DNA of 63,971 bases, the filler included, from Rhabdomonas costata (lineage: Eukaryota): the NCBI GenBank assembly GCA_019059605.1. It is 34 parts of 34 records of this genome, joined end to end, with 100 filler letters (N's around TTAATTAATTAA, not from the genome) between each part and the next. Parts side by side here need not be neighbours in the genome. Positions count along the whole stretch, not along the records: positions 13,202 to 14,986 come from JAHMHO010009085.1; positions 15,087 to 16,870 come from JAHMHO010009086.1; positions 16,971 to 18,755 come from JAHMHO010009087.1; positions 18,856 to 20,640 come from JAHMHO010009088.1; positions 20,741 to 22,525 come from JAHMHO010009089.1; positions 22,626 to 24,410 come from JAHMHO010009090.1; positions 24,511 to 26,293 come from JAHMHO010009091.1; 27 more parts are not named here. One strand, 5' to 3'. Positions 13,252 through 24,836 of this stretch are shown here, piece by piece. Numbering within the stretch: position 1 is the first letter of the stretch; each line of letters starts with the position of its first letter. Both the position numbers and the translations under genes were made by a program. Below the pieces are notes generated by a model. That model did no database searches and was not told the DNA's origin. It was given only the letters and a program-made list of their open reading frames with translations.

Positions 13252-14748
13252 ATGGACTATTACAAAAAATATCTTAAATATAAATCTAAACATAATGAAT
13301 TAAAAAAACAATATAAAAATATACATACTGGCGGAGGACTAGATATTTCAATTCAACAATTATTTAATTTTAGTAATCAATGTTCTTTTACACATTTTTC
13401 AAAAAAAATATCATATACACATTCATCTTTAATTTTTCCAAGATTACCTGTTTTAATTTTAGATGCATTTTGTAGAGAATATGATACAAACGAAGAATTT
13501 GTAGATCTTGTTCCTATTGTATCATTAAATATAGAGACATTACAACACAAAAAAGCCAACAACGAGTTTCCTGATACTATAAATTTTTCTGTTGGAGCTT
13601 TACTTAATTACTTACGATCTAAACTCGATGAAGAAACATATAATAAGCAGTTTAGAAAAAATTTTTACATACCACATAATTTCAACAAATCAATAACAAA
13701 ACCAAATATATATAATTGTAAATATTATCATTTTAACGAAGTAGTTAGGTTAATTAAAAAAGAAAAAAATAATAGAAATTTAGAATATGAAAAAATAAAA
13801 GAATCTGCTGATATTTTTACATTACAATCAGTTGAAGATTTTTTGAAAATTTGTGATAATAACAAAATGTTATACGTTAGTAAATTAGAACAAATATATG
13901 GTTTTAACAATTTAGATATACAAATAAACAATATTATAAGTCATATAAATCAAATGAAAGTATATGTACCAGATAATACGGTCGAATGGTATACAAGAAT
14001 TTTTCATTCTTCACAAGATAATAAATATCATAAAAATTTGAAAAATAATTTTGCAAATAAAACTTTTTTTACGCAAATTAAAGATAAATTTCCTTTTGAA
14101 ACATTAACAGAATATGCAACTAGTGTGTTTGTATTTCAAAAAGTATATATGTTAATTAATGAAAATGGTAACATATCAAATTCGTTAGAATTTGGTGTTA
14201 TTTCTGCATCTGAAATCGATTTTACGGCATATGATATATCAATTATGTTTAATAATTTGGGAGGTGGTAATAAAGATGAAATAATGAAATTACAGTTTGG
14301 TTCACATGTATTTGGTGGGGAATCAAAGTATAATAGTATAAAAAAAATAACACAGAATATATTTTCTATATGTCCTGAATTTAGTAAATATATACAATCT
14401 AATAAAATTATCGACATATATGAGAAAGAACAAGCAATATCATACTTAAATTCTTTAATACTGCAATGGATACCTAAACAATATTATTTAGATGGATTAT
14501 TGATTAATGACTTACAAAGATATATTGATTCTACCTACAATATCACAGCTGTTATCAACATTATCAGAACTAATTTACTTCAATATGAAAAATGTATAGA
14601 TATACCACCACAACGATTAATACTTAAAAAAAAACAAGAACCAACATCTAATATACAAATGGTAAATAGTGACGAATCAATAACAGTAACAGTTAAATTA
14701 CAACAACTCAAACAAAGATATACAACTTTTTTTTACAAATATTTTTAA
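13252..14748 (+). CDS. Giant-virus-like (Mimiviridae/Klosneuvirinae) hypothetical protein, 498 aa
   Basis: Intronless ORF with ATG at 13252 in a very AT-rich contig. N-terminus MDYYKKYLKYKSKHNELKKQYKNIHTGGG matches the KYLKYKxKY...GG motif. Composition is rich in Asn, Ile, Lys and Tyr. Confidence 0.8.
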   Translation: MDYYKKYLKYKSKHNELKKQYKNIHTGGGLDISIQQLFNFSNQCSFTHFSKKISYTHSSLIFPRLPVLILDAFCREYDTNEEFVDLVPIVSLNIETLQHKKANNEFPDTINFSVGALLNYLRSKLDEETYNKQFRKNFYIPHNFNKSITKPNIYNCKYYHFNEVVRLIKKEKNNRNLEYEKIKESADIFTLQSVEDFLKICDNNKMLYVSKLEQIYGFNNLDIQINNIISHINQMKVYVPDNTVEWYTRIFHSSQDNKYHKNLKNNFANKTFFTQIKDKFPFETLTEYATSVFVFQKVYMLINENGNISNSLEFGVISASEIDFTAYDISIMFNNLGGGNKDEIMKLQFGSHVFGGESKYNSIKKITQNIFSICPEFSKYIQSNKIIDIYEKEQAISYLNSLILQWIPKQYYLDGLLINDLQRYIDSTYNITAVINIIRTNLLQYEKCIDIPPQRLILKKKQEPTSNIQMVNSDESITVTVKLQQLKQRYTTFFYKYF

Positions 14749-14782
14749 TATATGTAAAAAACATAATTATAATCATTTACAT

Positions 14783-14986
14783 ATGATGCCGATTGGTATT
14801 GAGTCAAGTCTTGCTAATATATATGATAATACTTTAAAAAATTTAATAATAAAAGCTATCTTGGAAGCATTAGTTGATACTTTTGATACATCGCAGATTG
14901 ATAATGTATATTTTTCAAAACGATCTGTTAATGAAGAATTATTAATACAATTATTAGAACAAAAAAGTTATATAACTACAAAACAC
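14783..14986 (+). CDS. Partial ORF in the same AT-rich viral-like contig, truncated at the contig end
   Basis: ATG 34 bp after the previous stop; open to the linker (MMPIGIESSLANIYDNTLKNLIIKAILEALVD...). Confidence 0.55.
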
Positions 14987-15110
14987 NNNNNNNNNNNNNN
15001 NNNNNNNNNNNNNNNNNNNNNNNNNNNNNNTTAATTAATTAANNNNNNNNNNNNNNNNNNNNNNNNNNNNNNNNNNNNNNNNNNNNGGTGGTTGGTCCCC
15101 TTTCAATTTT

Positions 15111-15204
15111 AATCCCGGGAACCGTGCATCGCCACCTAACCCCCTGTAAATCCATATATTAGAATCCCAGGGAACACGTGCGTCACCTCCTAACCCCCTG
15201 CAAA
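15111..15204 (+). repeat. ~53-bp repeat family (core GTGCATCGCCTCCTAACCCCCTG), two tandem copies
   Basis: aatcccgggaaccgtgcatcgccacctaaccccctgtaaa followed by aatcccagggaacacgtgcgtcacctcctaaccccctgcaaa. Relatives at 4271-4302, 20985-21127, 40217-40300(-), 42356-42455(-), 45862-46005(-). Confidence 0.8.
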
Positions 15205-16293
15205 CTCAGAAAGGGGACCAAAAAACAAAACTTCACAGCTCACCCCCCTACTGGGGGGGCATAAATGCACTTGATAGGAGGTCATAAATGCACTAGCGCC
15301 ACAATTTGCAACAAAAAACGCAAGGCCTACTAAGTTACTCGAGGATACGCATCAGAAGAGGACGTTTGACAGTGGAAGGAGTGGGAAGCAACCAGAACTG
15401 AAGGAGAATGAAAACCCCAGGTCCAGAAAACGTAAAAAGGGAGGCGTTTTAAAAAACGGTAAAAAGATTCGTATTAAGCAAGAATCGATATTCCAACTCC
15501 GGTGCGATGGGTATGGGGTTGGAGTGGGCAGGACATTTTTTCCAGTTCTTGACTTCTCCTCTGTGACTGATATCATGCACACTGCTACTCTTGATGTGTT
15601 GCGAAATGAAAGACTGTGTGATTGGCTCCTCTTAGGTTTCATCCCGACGATGGCTCTCTCACTAGAATACCATCGCCCCTGGACTGCGCAAAAGAAATAA
15701 ACTGCGCTGATCCCGAGCGAGCCGCAAACAGAACATAGAGCTGGCTCAGGGGGAGGAGGCTGCGGTCAGGCATGAGAGGAAATCTCTGATACCCTGACTC
15801 GTTCCCCTCTTGGCGGCGGGCCCAACTCACAAGCACACACCACACCAACTCCCTTTGGGAACGGCGAACAAATGATACGAAAAAGCAAAAGCGAGTCAAC
15901 TTAACAACAGCTGACACTCACCTCAGCGTTTTCACAGCACGGATCATGCGGATCATCTCCAACGCACCTGAAACGCATCTGCGGACGAAAAGTGAGGCGT
16001 TTTTTTTACTGTCGCGGCTTTTTGGCTTCGGGGCGGTGTCCTTGCCCCCCCCCCCCGGTTTTCTGAAACGAATGGAGGCGCCATCAATGTTTCAAAAGCC
16101 CACAATTATCATAGTTTCCATTAGGAGGTCAAGGCCCAACCCCCAAAGCCCGGCCGGCGCAAAAGCATCCCCGACGACCTTTGCGTGTGGTTCTCTTTGT
16201 GAGTGCTGTGAAGAGTTCCAGGGTGCTGCCCAACAAGCACCCTTGCCTAGAAGCTTGCCTTCCCACCTGCTCCCCCTTTCACCTGCTTTCCAG

Positions 16294-16432
16294 CGTTCCC
16301 CCTGTGGTGTCCTCCACTCTGATTCGCGAAACCCTTCGTGACTCGAAGGACCTGTCGTCTCTCAGCTCCATCCTGGATCCCCGCGTACTTAAGTACATCC
16401 AGGACAACAAACTGTACGGCTACTCACCATGA
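16294..16432 (+). CDS. Last exon of a nicotinate/nicotinamide-nucleotide adenylyltransferase (NadD/NMNAT family)
   Basis: After the acceptor ctttccag: VPPVVSSTLIRETLRDSKDLSSLSSILDPRVLKYIQDNKLYGYSP*. Contains the xSSTxIR and VxxYIxxxxLY C-terminal motifs. Confidence 0.75.
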
Positions 16433-17855
16433 GCTCAATTGTGAAGCTTCCGTTGTGCGTGTTCGCCATGTTCCCTGCGCGCGTTATACCTCCTGGCCAA
16501 GTGGCTCCTGCCGCTGCTTGTCTTCTTATCGGAGTGGGAGTAGCTTTGCTGAACTTTTTTTTTCCAAACTATGCGTTAGATTTCATGCTTCAGTGGTCAC
16601 CCTCGACAGTTTTGGTGTGAATGAGCAGAGTGTTTGGGGGCCAAGGAAGTGAATTGGGTTGGGAGTAGATTTATGCATCCCTTTCTATCACGAACCTATC
16701 TTGATATGTTTACGCTGAAATAACCTCACTGATGCGTTCCGAGAAGGTTTTTGCAAATCCGCCCTCATCAATTGAGCCCACCGGTTATGAATCTGTTTTC
16801 CCATCTCCAATACCGAACCTCACCAGCCGAATCCGCACAGGATACTGTTCCGGGGAGTATCTTTTACACANNNNNNNNNNNNNNNNNNNNNNNNNNNNNN
16901 NNNNNNNNNNNNNNTTAATTAATTAANNNNNNNNNNNNNNNNNNNNNNNNNNNNNNNNNNNNNNNNNNNNTTTTGGTGTGTCGACGGCACTGCCCCGGAC
17001 GGGATGGAGTTCCAGAAGCCCGAAATCTGAGATGTTTTGATCTAGTGGACTGAGGTTGAGTGGGGGTAACGGTTGCCGATAGTCACTCCGTTGCCCCCCC
17101 CCCCTACGTCCCCACACGTGGCTGAGGGGGGAAGGGGGAGGCAGGCGAGGCTTAGCCTTGCTCAAGGGATGGTGACTACCGCATCAGCACCGATGGCGCT
17201 TTTTTCTGTGAATTGCTTGGGTGTCGATCTTCCTCCCCTCTTCCCTTGGCCTTCCTTTGTTTGTAGTGCATTGCCTCTGCCGTTGGCGGGGGTTGTGGAA
17301 CAGTGTTGGGACACCATCAGACCCGACGTGGCTCTGCGCAGATTGCCTGGTCACGGTAGTCCTGAGCGCCGGGCTTGGAAAAATCTTCTTGCCGTCGCGT
17401 CACCTCCAGCCTTGTCCGGAAAACTTCTTTTTACCAGGCTTTGGGTCAAAGATCTTCCAATCCACTTTTTATTCCGTTGTTTGGCATGAGATGGGGCATG
17501 CGTCAGCCCGACTCTCTCCAAGTTCTGGGAATGGGGTTCCCGGCTTCCTTCCATCCGGCCTTCCCAGTCGTCGTTTCGACACGACTCGCGGTTAAAACAG
17601 TCAGTCCGTCAGAACTATCTGCTTCGCGCCAAAGCCTGTCCCTCTCCCGGGAGCTTTTTGCTGCCCGCAATGACTGGGCTGCTTTTTTCAGGCTTTTCCC
17701 CCCCATTTTTTTTGGCGGGTTCGGGTTTCGTTGTTGTTGTTTGCCCCCCACGCTTTCTCTTCCACCCCAACTCCCCAGTAATCCTCACGTTGCATAAATA
17801 AGAGCGCCAGGAGAGGAGAGACGAGGAGCGGAGTGAACGGGCTTTTTCTGAAAGG

Positions 17856-18414
17856 ATGGCGTCGGCCACCACGAAATGTGTCAATCCAGCGACCATGGAG
17901 CTGATCTGCGAGGTGCCCAACACCCCTGTAGACACGATGCCCCAGGTACTGCATGGGAACGTGCTATTGTTATATGCTCCTTGCATACCAGTGGTGGGCA
18001 CAGAGAGAGAGACCTGGGGTTCACAGACGGTTTGTAAAGTCGCAAGCCCCAGCGGCCGGGCGATGTATTGCCCATTTCCCAGAGATTTTTTTTGCACCGT
18101 GTACCGAAAGTAAAGCAGCAGCAGAGGGGGAATGGGTTGTCGGGTGGGTAGGACTCCGGGTTGCTGGCTTTATGGGCATCCTTTTCCGTAATACAAAGGA
18201 GGAAGGAAGGCCCTAGTGGATCCCAACCTCCCACGGAACTACTCTTCAGTGTTTCCACCACACCTCTTCTTAAAGTTGGTGTGATAGGAGGGAAGCTGTG
18301 TGTGTGGCTCAGATTATGAAGGAAGCCCGAGAGGCCCAGAAGGTATGGCGGGAGTTGAGCTTCAAGGAGCGCGCTCAGTGCATCTTTCGGGCCAGGGACT
18401 GGCTGCGAGACCAC
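17856..18414 (+). CDS. Aldehyde dehydrogenase family, N-terminal two exons (partial)
   Basis: Exon 17856-17945 MASATTKCVNPATMELICEVPNTPVDTMPQ|GT and exon 18313-18414 IMKEAREAQKVWRELSFKERAQCIFRARDWLRDH|GT. Shows the NPAT...AxxAQxxW...ERA pattern. Confidence 0.85.
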
Positions 18415-20507
18415 GTGTGTTGCGTTCCCATCTGTTCTCACCCACCGGGCGCGCGCATATGCATGGCCCTCTGCTTTTGCTCTCTTTTGTTCTGCTCCGC
18501 TCCTTCTCATCCGGGTGTAGCTCCAAGAGACGGCTGCCCTAGGAAGAGGCATGAGCGGAGGCAGAATGGGGACCTTCCTCTCAACTTCAGTGGGCTAACG
18601 TCAACCTCAAATTCGAAGTCGCCCCCCCCCCGTCCCCCAGGGTTCTATTGCAGCAGCGTATAGCGTTTGGAGTTGTAAGAATGACCATTTCAGTCATTTT
18701 CAGAGCGTGCCCAAAGTTGTGAATTTTTATGGACCACACAATTAACCACACCAACNNNNNNNNNNNNNNNNNNNNNNNNNNNNNNNNNNNNNNNNNNNNT
18801 TAATTAATTAANNNNNNNNNNNNNNNNNNNNNNNNNNNNNNNNNNNNNNNNNNNNGTGGGTGGGGGCAACGGGGGCCAAAATCAAGGTTTTTGGCTTGAA
18901 ATGGCAAAAAAAAAATTGATGAAAAAATGAAGCAGCGCTCCAGTACTACGCCCGTAAGTGGAGATGCCAGAAAGATTGCTTGGGGTAAAACTCGTATGAG
19001 GGTGGGCAATGGGACTTGGCTATGATAGAGCTAAGAGAAAGCGAATTATAAGCCATTTTTTACTGTGTGGTGGGGCTTTTTCGATTCGAGCTTTGCCATA
19101 TGGCGAGGGGTATAAAAATCAATAGATTTGTATCATATCGTTCGACTTATTTGCCTGCGGCGTCGCTTCCCTCCGTGTTAACCGCCTGCTGTTGAAAACA
19201 AACAAACAATTCAAAGGCAAGTAAATTACGTCCCGTCACAAGTGGTCACCGAACTATACAAGGGGTCATGCTCAAATTAGTCCCAAAAGCCCCTCTTTGG
19301 CCCTTTAATTGACCTCGGAGAGGCAACAACGGCTGCGACACAGCTTATCTTCTCGGGCAATACAAAGTACTCATGGGCTCTGCCTTCGGAAAGATCAAAA
19401 ACCCCGAGACACCAACTTGGGCTCTGCCAAACGCCATTTTATGGGCACAAAACATACACGGCCTTTTTTATAGACTTTCCTCGCCACCCTGTACAATTTT
19501 GGGGGTTACATGAGGTAAAATTTGCATCCAAGTTTTCACTGGACAAAACTATTTGTCCTGAATGCCAACTGAATGCACCATGAATTTTCGAGATCCCCAC
19601 TGAATGCAGCTCAATGCAGCTGAATGCACGCATTTCTAAAGGTTCTTGTTTGGATTCCCTTAAAAAAAAATGCTGGAAATTCCACGCAGGGACACATGAG
19701 TGACACATGGGTGGTGTAGTGGTAGGGTCATGTGGACTGAATGTCGAGATGTAAGGCTGATGCAAGAATGGGTAGGAATGGCTGATGTACCCTGGTTGAT
19801 GTCTATTGCGGTGCCCTTGACCTCCAATTCGGCATGGCCACCTACGTGGTAAGCTGATGGTGTGTGAATCTTTTTCACGAAGTGGTCGATTTCAAGACTT
19901 TGACGTTTTGACCCAGTATGGGTGGGCAACTCCAAGGTCAGCTGGTAGCACTGAAGAAGCAAACAAGAAAGCGAAACAGGAATGGAAAGACACGATTGAG
20001 ACCGTGTAACCGAAAACCACAAAAAGCCCCGGAATTGTGAGAAGCTTCATATCAACAATAGAAGTTTTTTTTTGCAACGTTCAAAATTTAAAAACTGTCG
20101 TTTGTTGCTTAAAGAAGGAAGGAAGTTCTGTCGTCCTTCTGATGTCAGAAAAGTCCACGTAACCAAAATGGATTTCAGCTGCTGCGTTGGCTCCCATTTG
20201 GTGTTTCTCGTTCAGAGTCTCACCAAGCAAAATTACAAGTAATTTTTTATCGCTTTTCAGTTTTGTGCATGCCTGCACACCGGGTCCCAGTGCCAAGTTG
20301 CAGTACAAAGCTATTTACAGGGATGTGCTCTGGCTGATGTCGTAACCAACAAATGACCGGGGCCTATTCACAAGACCCTCCATAACAGGCCTCTCCTATG
20401 TTGCAACTGTAACAGCCGGACACCTGGGACCTAGGCCAAAAGCCGAAGCAGGGCCGGGTGTATAATGGAGCTTCCGAAACGCTGCGTTGCACCTCAGGCC
20501 GATTCGC

Positions 20508-20635
20508 GTGGCGGCCACCAATCACTTGTTTTTTTTTGGTGCGGTCCCTCCCACCACCTGGCCGTACAGAGTGTCCTGATGTGTTTGACCAGGGGCAAGG
20601 GGCACGAAAAAAAACAAGTGATTGGTGGCCACCAC
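20508..20635. repeat. Imperfect ~34-bp inverted repeat with a ~59-bp spacer (MITE- or foldback-like)
   Basis: gtggcggccaccaatcacttgtttttttttggtgc (20508-20542) pairs with gcacgaaaaaaaacaagtgattggtggccaccac (20602-20635). Confidence 0.85.
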
Positions 20636-20984
20636 ACAACNNNNNNNNNNNNNNNNNNNNNNNNNNNNNNNNNNNNNNNNNNNNTTAATTAATTAANNNN
20701 NNNNNNNNNNNNNNNNNNNNNNNNNNNNNNNNNNNNNNNNGTATGTAGTCCACCACCATCTGCGGTTTACAGTTGGTTTTCTAGACAAAAGCCGTAGGCG
20801 GACGTAAATTACTAATTATGGTCCAGCAAGTCCTTCAGCTGACGCTGTAACTTGGCATCTTTGCTGGGGGACAGTCTGTACATGCGCGTAGCTGAAATTC
20901 CAAACTTATCTGGGAAGTCAATTCAAAGTGGTGGTAACACTGGTGTGGAATGACATATGGCATGCATTCAGCAGTGTACATTTT

Positions 20985-21127
20985 TAGTGGACACGTGCAT
21001 CTCCTCCTAACCACATGCTAGACGAAATTTCCTAATCTAGTGGACACGTGCATCGCCTCATAACCTCATAGCCACATGCGAGATGACATGTACTGATCTA
21101 GGTGGCACTTTCATCGCTTTCTAACCC
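20985..21127 (+). repeat. Three degenerate tandem copies of the ~53-bp repeat family
   Basis: tagtggacacgtgcatctcctcctaacc / tagtggacacgtgcatcgcctcataacc / taggtggcactttcatcgctttctaaccc. Confidence 0.7.
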
Positions 21128-24100
21128 GCTGATATATCAATAAAATGATACAATCAGCTTAGATTCCTGCAAGGGACCATCTATAACAGCTTCCACTTAT
21201 TGACAGTACACAGTAGGCCAGGCTTGCCACTGTGCACTTTGGTCTTCAGCTCAAAGCCACATTTGGAGCACTTGGAAGGCGTCTCTCCGAGAACTCCACA
21301 GCCCCTCAACCACTCTCGGAGCTTTGCTTTGTCACTGCACAGCTAACAAATCATAAAGTGTCAACATGAGAAATTAAAAGAGCCTTAAAAACAGGTACAC
21401 TGCTGCAGGAGTGCCAGACATATTTGTCTGGGGATTGGGAGCTGTCTGAACTGGAGGTCCACACGTCGCTGTATCAATGTTCTTGATCATCTCCTGAACG
21501 TCATTGCGCGCAGACAGCTTCCTCTGCTTCCACATTTTCCTTTATTGGTTGGCGGCGAGCAGCGCACGCATGTAAAGATTAAACGTTTCTACCTCTTATA
21601 GACTATGGAGGCCAGATATATGGGATTGTGCTCCTTCATTGATATTACAGCAGATTGTTTAGGTACTGGCTGAGGAGGAAGAGGAGGAGCAGTCGTACAC
21701 TCACCGTTCTTCCATAAATATTAGATAATAACTCTACTTGTGCAAGACAAAATTGTTTGAAATGGCAACATGTGTGGATAAGAGAAGCATTTTCCAATTC
21801 TGTAGCGGACAAACTGTAAGATACCATATGCCTTATGTCAAACTGCCGTGTGACATCTGCTTCGTGGTCAATAACTTCTGCGTATGGCTGCTCTGAAACA
21901 TCTGGAACGGCCTGGGGTTCCAAAAACTAACCACCTCCAGATGATCCAAACGCGTTTGCACCTAGAACACTCAACAAAAGTTGTGGAACAACCCGCACGG
22001 TCGTGTAGCAATGTAATCTAACAGCAATTGCGCAAAACGATTACCACATTGACTCGGTAGTCATGATCAATTATACCCGCTCCAACAGATGTGGTGCTTA
22101 CAGGCCAAACCACTCTGAGTGGTCAATGCTTCCATACACGCCATTTTGTATGGAAAATGCTTAGTCTGTGGGAATGAGCGCGGAAAGGTGTGTGCATCGG
22201 AGCAGGAAAACAGCCTTGCTGCAGGGACATTTTTCCAGCAGAGTTTACACCTCTGAAACCGAAACCTTTTCCGGAGCAGTCAGATGGGTTCCTAGCACAA
22301 GCGGTGTTGACTCAGGCTCACATCACGTTCCTTTGCGGCAGTATTGGGAGTGTGCATTACGTTGCTGGTTGTGTACATCTTCAGAAGGATGAATGGAGTG
22401 TTGGAGCGATGGTACTGAACTCCAGATTGCTTTCGGAACAGGATCACGAGTAAGATTTTTCCAACACTAATAAGCATTGACATCTCAGCACATTTAATCA
22501 GAAAATTTATCTGATGAACAAAAACNNNNNNNNNNNNNNNNNNNNNNNNNNNNNNNNNNNNNNNNNNNNTTAATTAATTAANNNNNNNNNNNNNNNNNNN
22601 NNNNNNNNNNNNNNNNNNNNNNNNNCAGCATGACGATAGGCTGTGAAATTAATGCTAATGGCTGCGAACAATGGCTGTCAAAGCCAATTTTTAGCGGCAC
22701 AAGCACCATGCTGTCCCTTTGGGCGGCCAACCGAATGATGGTACTAGCGAGTATGCGAATTTCTTTACTGGTGGTACACATATATGATGCATCCTGGTTA
22801 CTTCAATGCATTCCAGTATCATCTGTGGGTTCTCTCTTGGGGTTCTAGTGGGTATTTTTACGCATCTAGGGTATTCTGTATTCAGTATCATGTTCCTGGG
22901 TTCTGAATTCTCAACATCAGCCGGCATTTTTAACTGAAGGGAGTATAAGATGGGCATCATGTTCCTGGGTATCATTTCTTACATTCCGGGGTGTCTCTCT
23001 GTGTGAATTTTCGCCCGCAAAAACCGAGGGGGGAATTTTTGCGTGGGTGTTTTGGTTTTCGAAATTCGTGGTTAGGGACTTCCGGAGTCGTGTTTCCTGG
23101 CGTTATGTTATTTTCTGGTGGTCACGGTATCTTGGCTTGTCTAGAAGTGGCTCAGAGGTCTCGGTGGTCATTAGGTATGTTTAACGGTGTTTGGAGGTCG
23201 CGTCTGGGATCTGGAGTGTGGTATTGGTCTTGTGCGTGTTGGGTTGGCGTAGTGGTGTGTATGCGTGGTGATCTTGGTGTCTGGAATTTTCGTGTGTCTT
23301 TGGGTGCTGGTGTGGTGTGCTTGGGTTCACGTTTGTGGTTTGGTCTGTGCGTTGATAGTGCAGAGAATGTCTTTGGTTTTGGTCTTCTCCTGTCGGCATT
23401 CTGGTGTACGTGTTTGGAGCTTGGTGCGTTGGTTCGTCGTGTGTCTAGGTTTAGAAGCAGTGTCGCTGGATGTAGTGGTGTAGTAATGAAACATTGGTGT
23501 AGTGGTTGGACGTGCTGGTGTGGTGCTTCGTCGTGGTGTTGGCGTCAGTTTGCTGAGTGAGTTTTGTGCTATGGCTTCCTCTTGGTTGATTTCCGTTTTT
23601 GCGAGTGTGCCTTGTTTTGTGGGTCGATATTTGTGGTGACTGTGATTGTGGATTTAGGCTGGATGTGGACTCCGTTGGATCGTGCTGGTAATTCCGTGTG
23701 TTTGGTGTGGATGGTGATCTTTTAATGTGTGTCTGGATCGGAGATCACCGCTTCAGCTCTTCTACTACTTGTGGTTTGGTATCAGAACCGCAGGTAGTAG
23801 ACTCCTTAGAAGTTGAATTGCAACATCATGGTATTTGCATCACATCTTGGGCCTTTGCCACGGAGTCATGTCAAGTATGGCATGCCGAAGTAGCATGGGC
23901 ACCTGCGGTAGGATTGCCAAGATGTAGGCCTAAGGTTGGTCTTGCGGTAAGTGCCACATTAGTCACTCATCGTCCATAGATGAAAATGTCATGACAGCAT
24001 CCACTCATTATCCTCCATTACAGTGCGTTTTTCTCACTCTGGGGTGGTGGTGATGTGTATCGTGGTACTGGGAGCTGAGGTGGAGGGGAAGTCATAGCAT

Positions 24101-24836
24101 GCACGAAGGACCTCTGCAACGGTTGCATCTTCCATAATCACCTCTGCAGCGGACCATCATGTCATATTACTACTTCGCGTGGTTAGTCAGACGGCTCACA
24201 TTTCACCACATTTCGGGTTTTTCATCACAACTTTAGTGTACCACGTGTAGATATACGTACCACTATGCACAACATTGCCGTTCCACCGGATATTGTGCGC
24301 CTTACCTCATCATGATGCTGGTTTACTCCATAGACTAGCATCCATCACCAAATCTTTTCTTTTATCAGTGGTAACACCACGTGAATCTTCCAAGTTGCAT
24401 CGAAAAACACNNNNNNNNNNNNNNNNNNNNNNNNNNNNNNNNNNNNNNNNNNNNTTAATTAATTAANNNNNNNNNNNNNNNNNNNNNNNNNNNNNNNNNN
24501 NNNNNNNNNNTTGTTGTAGCACTCAGCACTCAGATTCGATTTTGGCAGGCTATTTAAAACTTTTCGCCACATGGCAAAATCCGTCAACAACATCGCATTG
24601 CTTGAAACGCTTGGCGGCACAAGCCCGAAGTTCGCCTCACAGGCAGGCATGCTCAGCAAGCTTTACAAAGAACGTGCCCCTTGCGCTTTTACTGAAGGCT
24701 CTCAAAAACCCGGTTTTAGGTGCAGTGTTCGTTTGTGAAGAGACTCGGGCCACATTTGAGGCGAACGCCCGTTGATAAATCCTCAGAAAAGACAGACGCA
24801 AAGGGCAAACACGAGGCACATCATAAGCGGACATAC

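Noticed and set aside
14750-14784. Intergenic inverted repeat (atatgtaaa...tttacatat) as a Mimiviridae hairpin polyadenylation signal
   Set aside because: A 9-bp stem with a 17-nt loop in very AT-rich DNA is weaker than the typical signal and could arise by chance.
11318-16870. Apparent integration of the viral segment between host genes, or any cross-contig gene cluster
   Set aside because: Neighbours are separated by linkers, and the order reflects contig length only.
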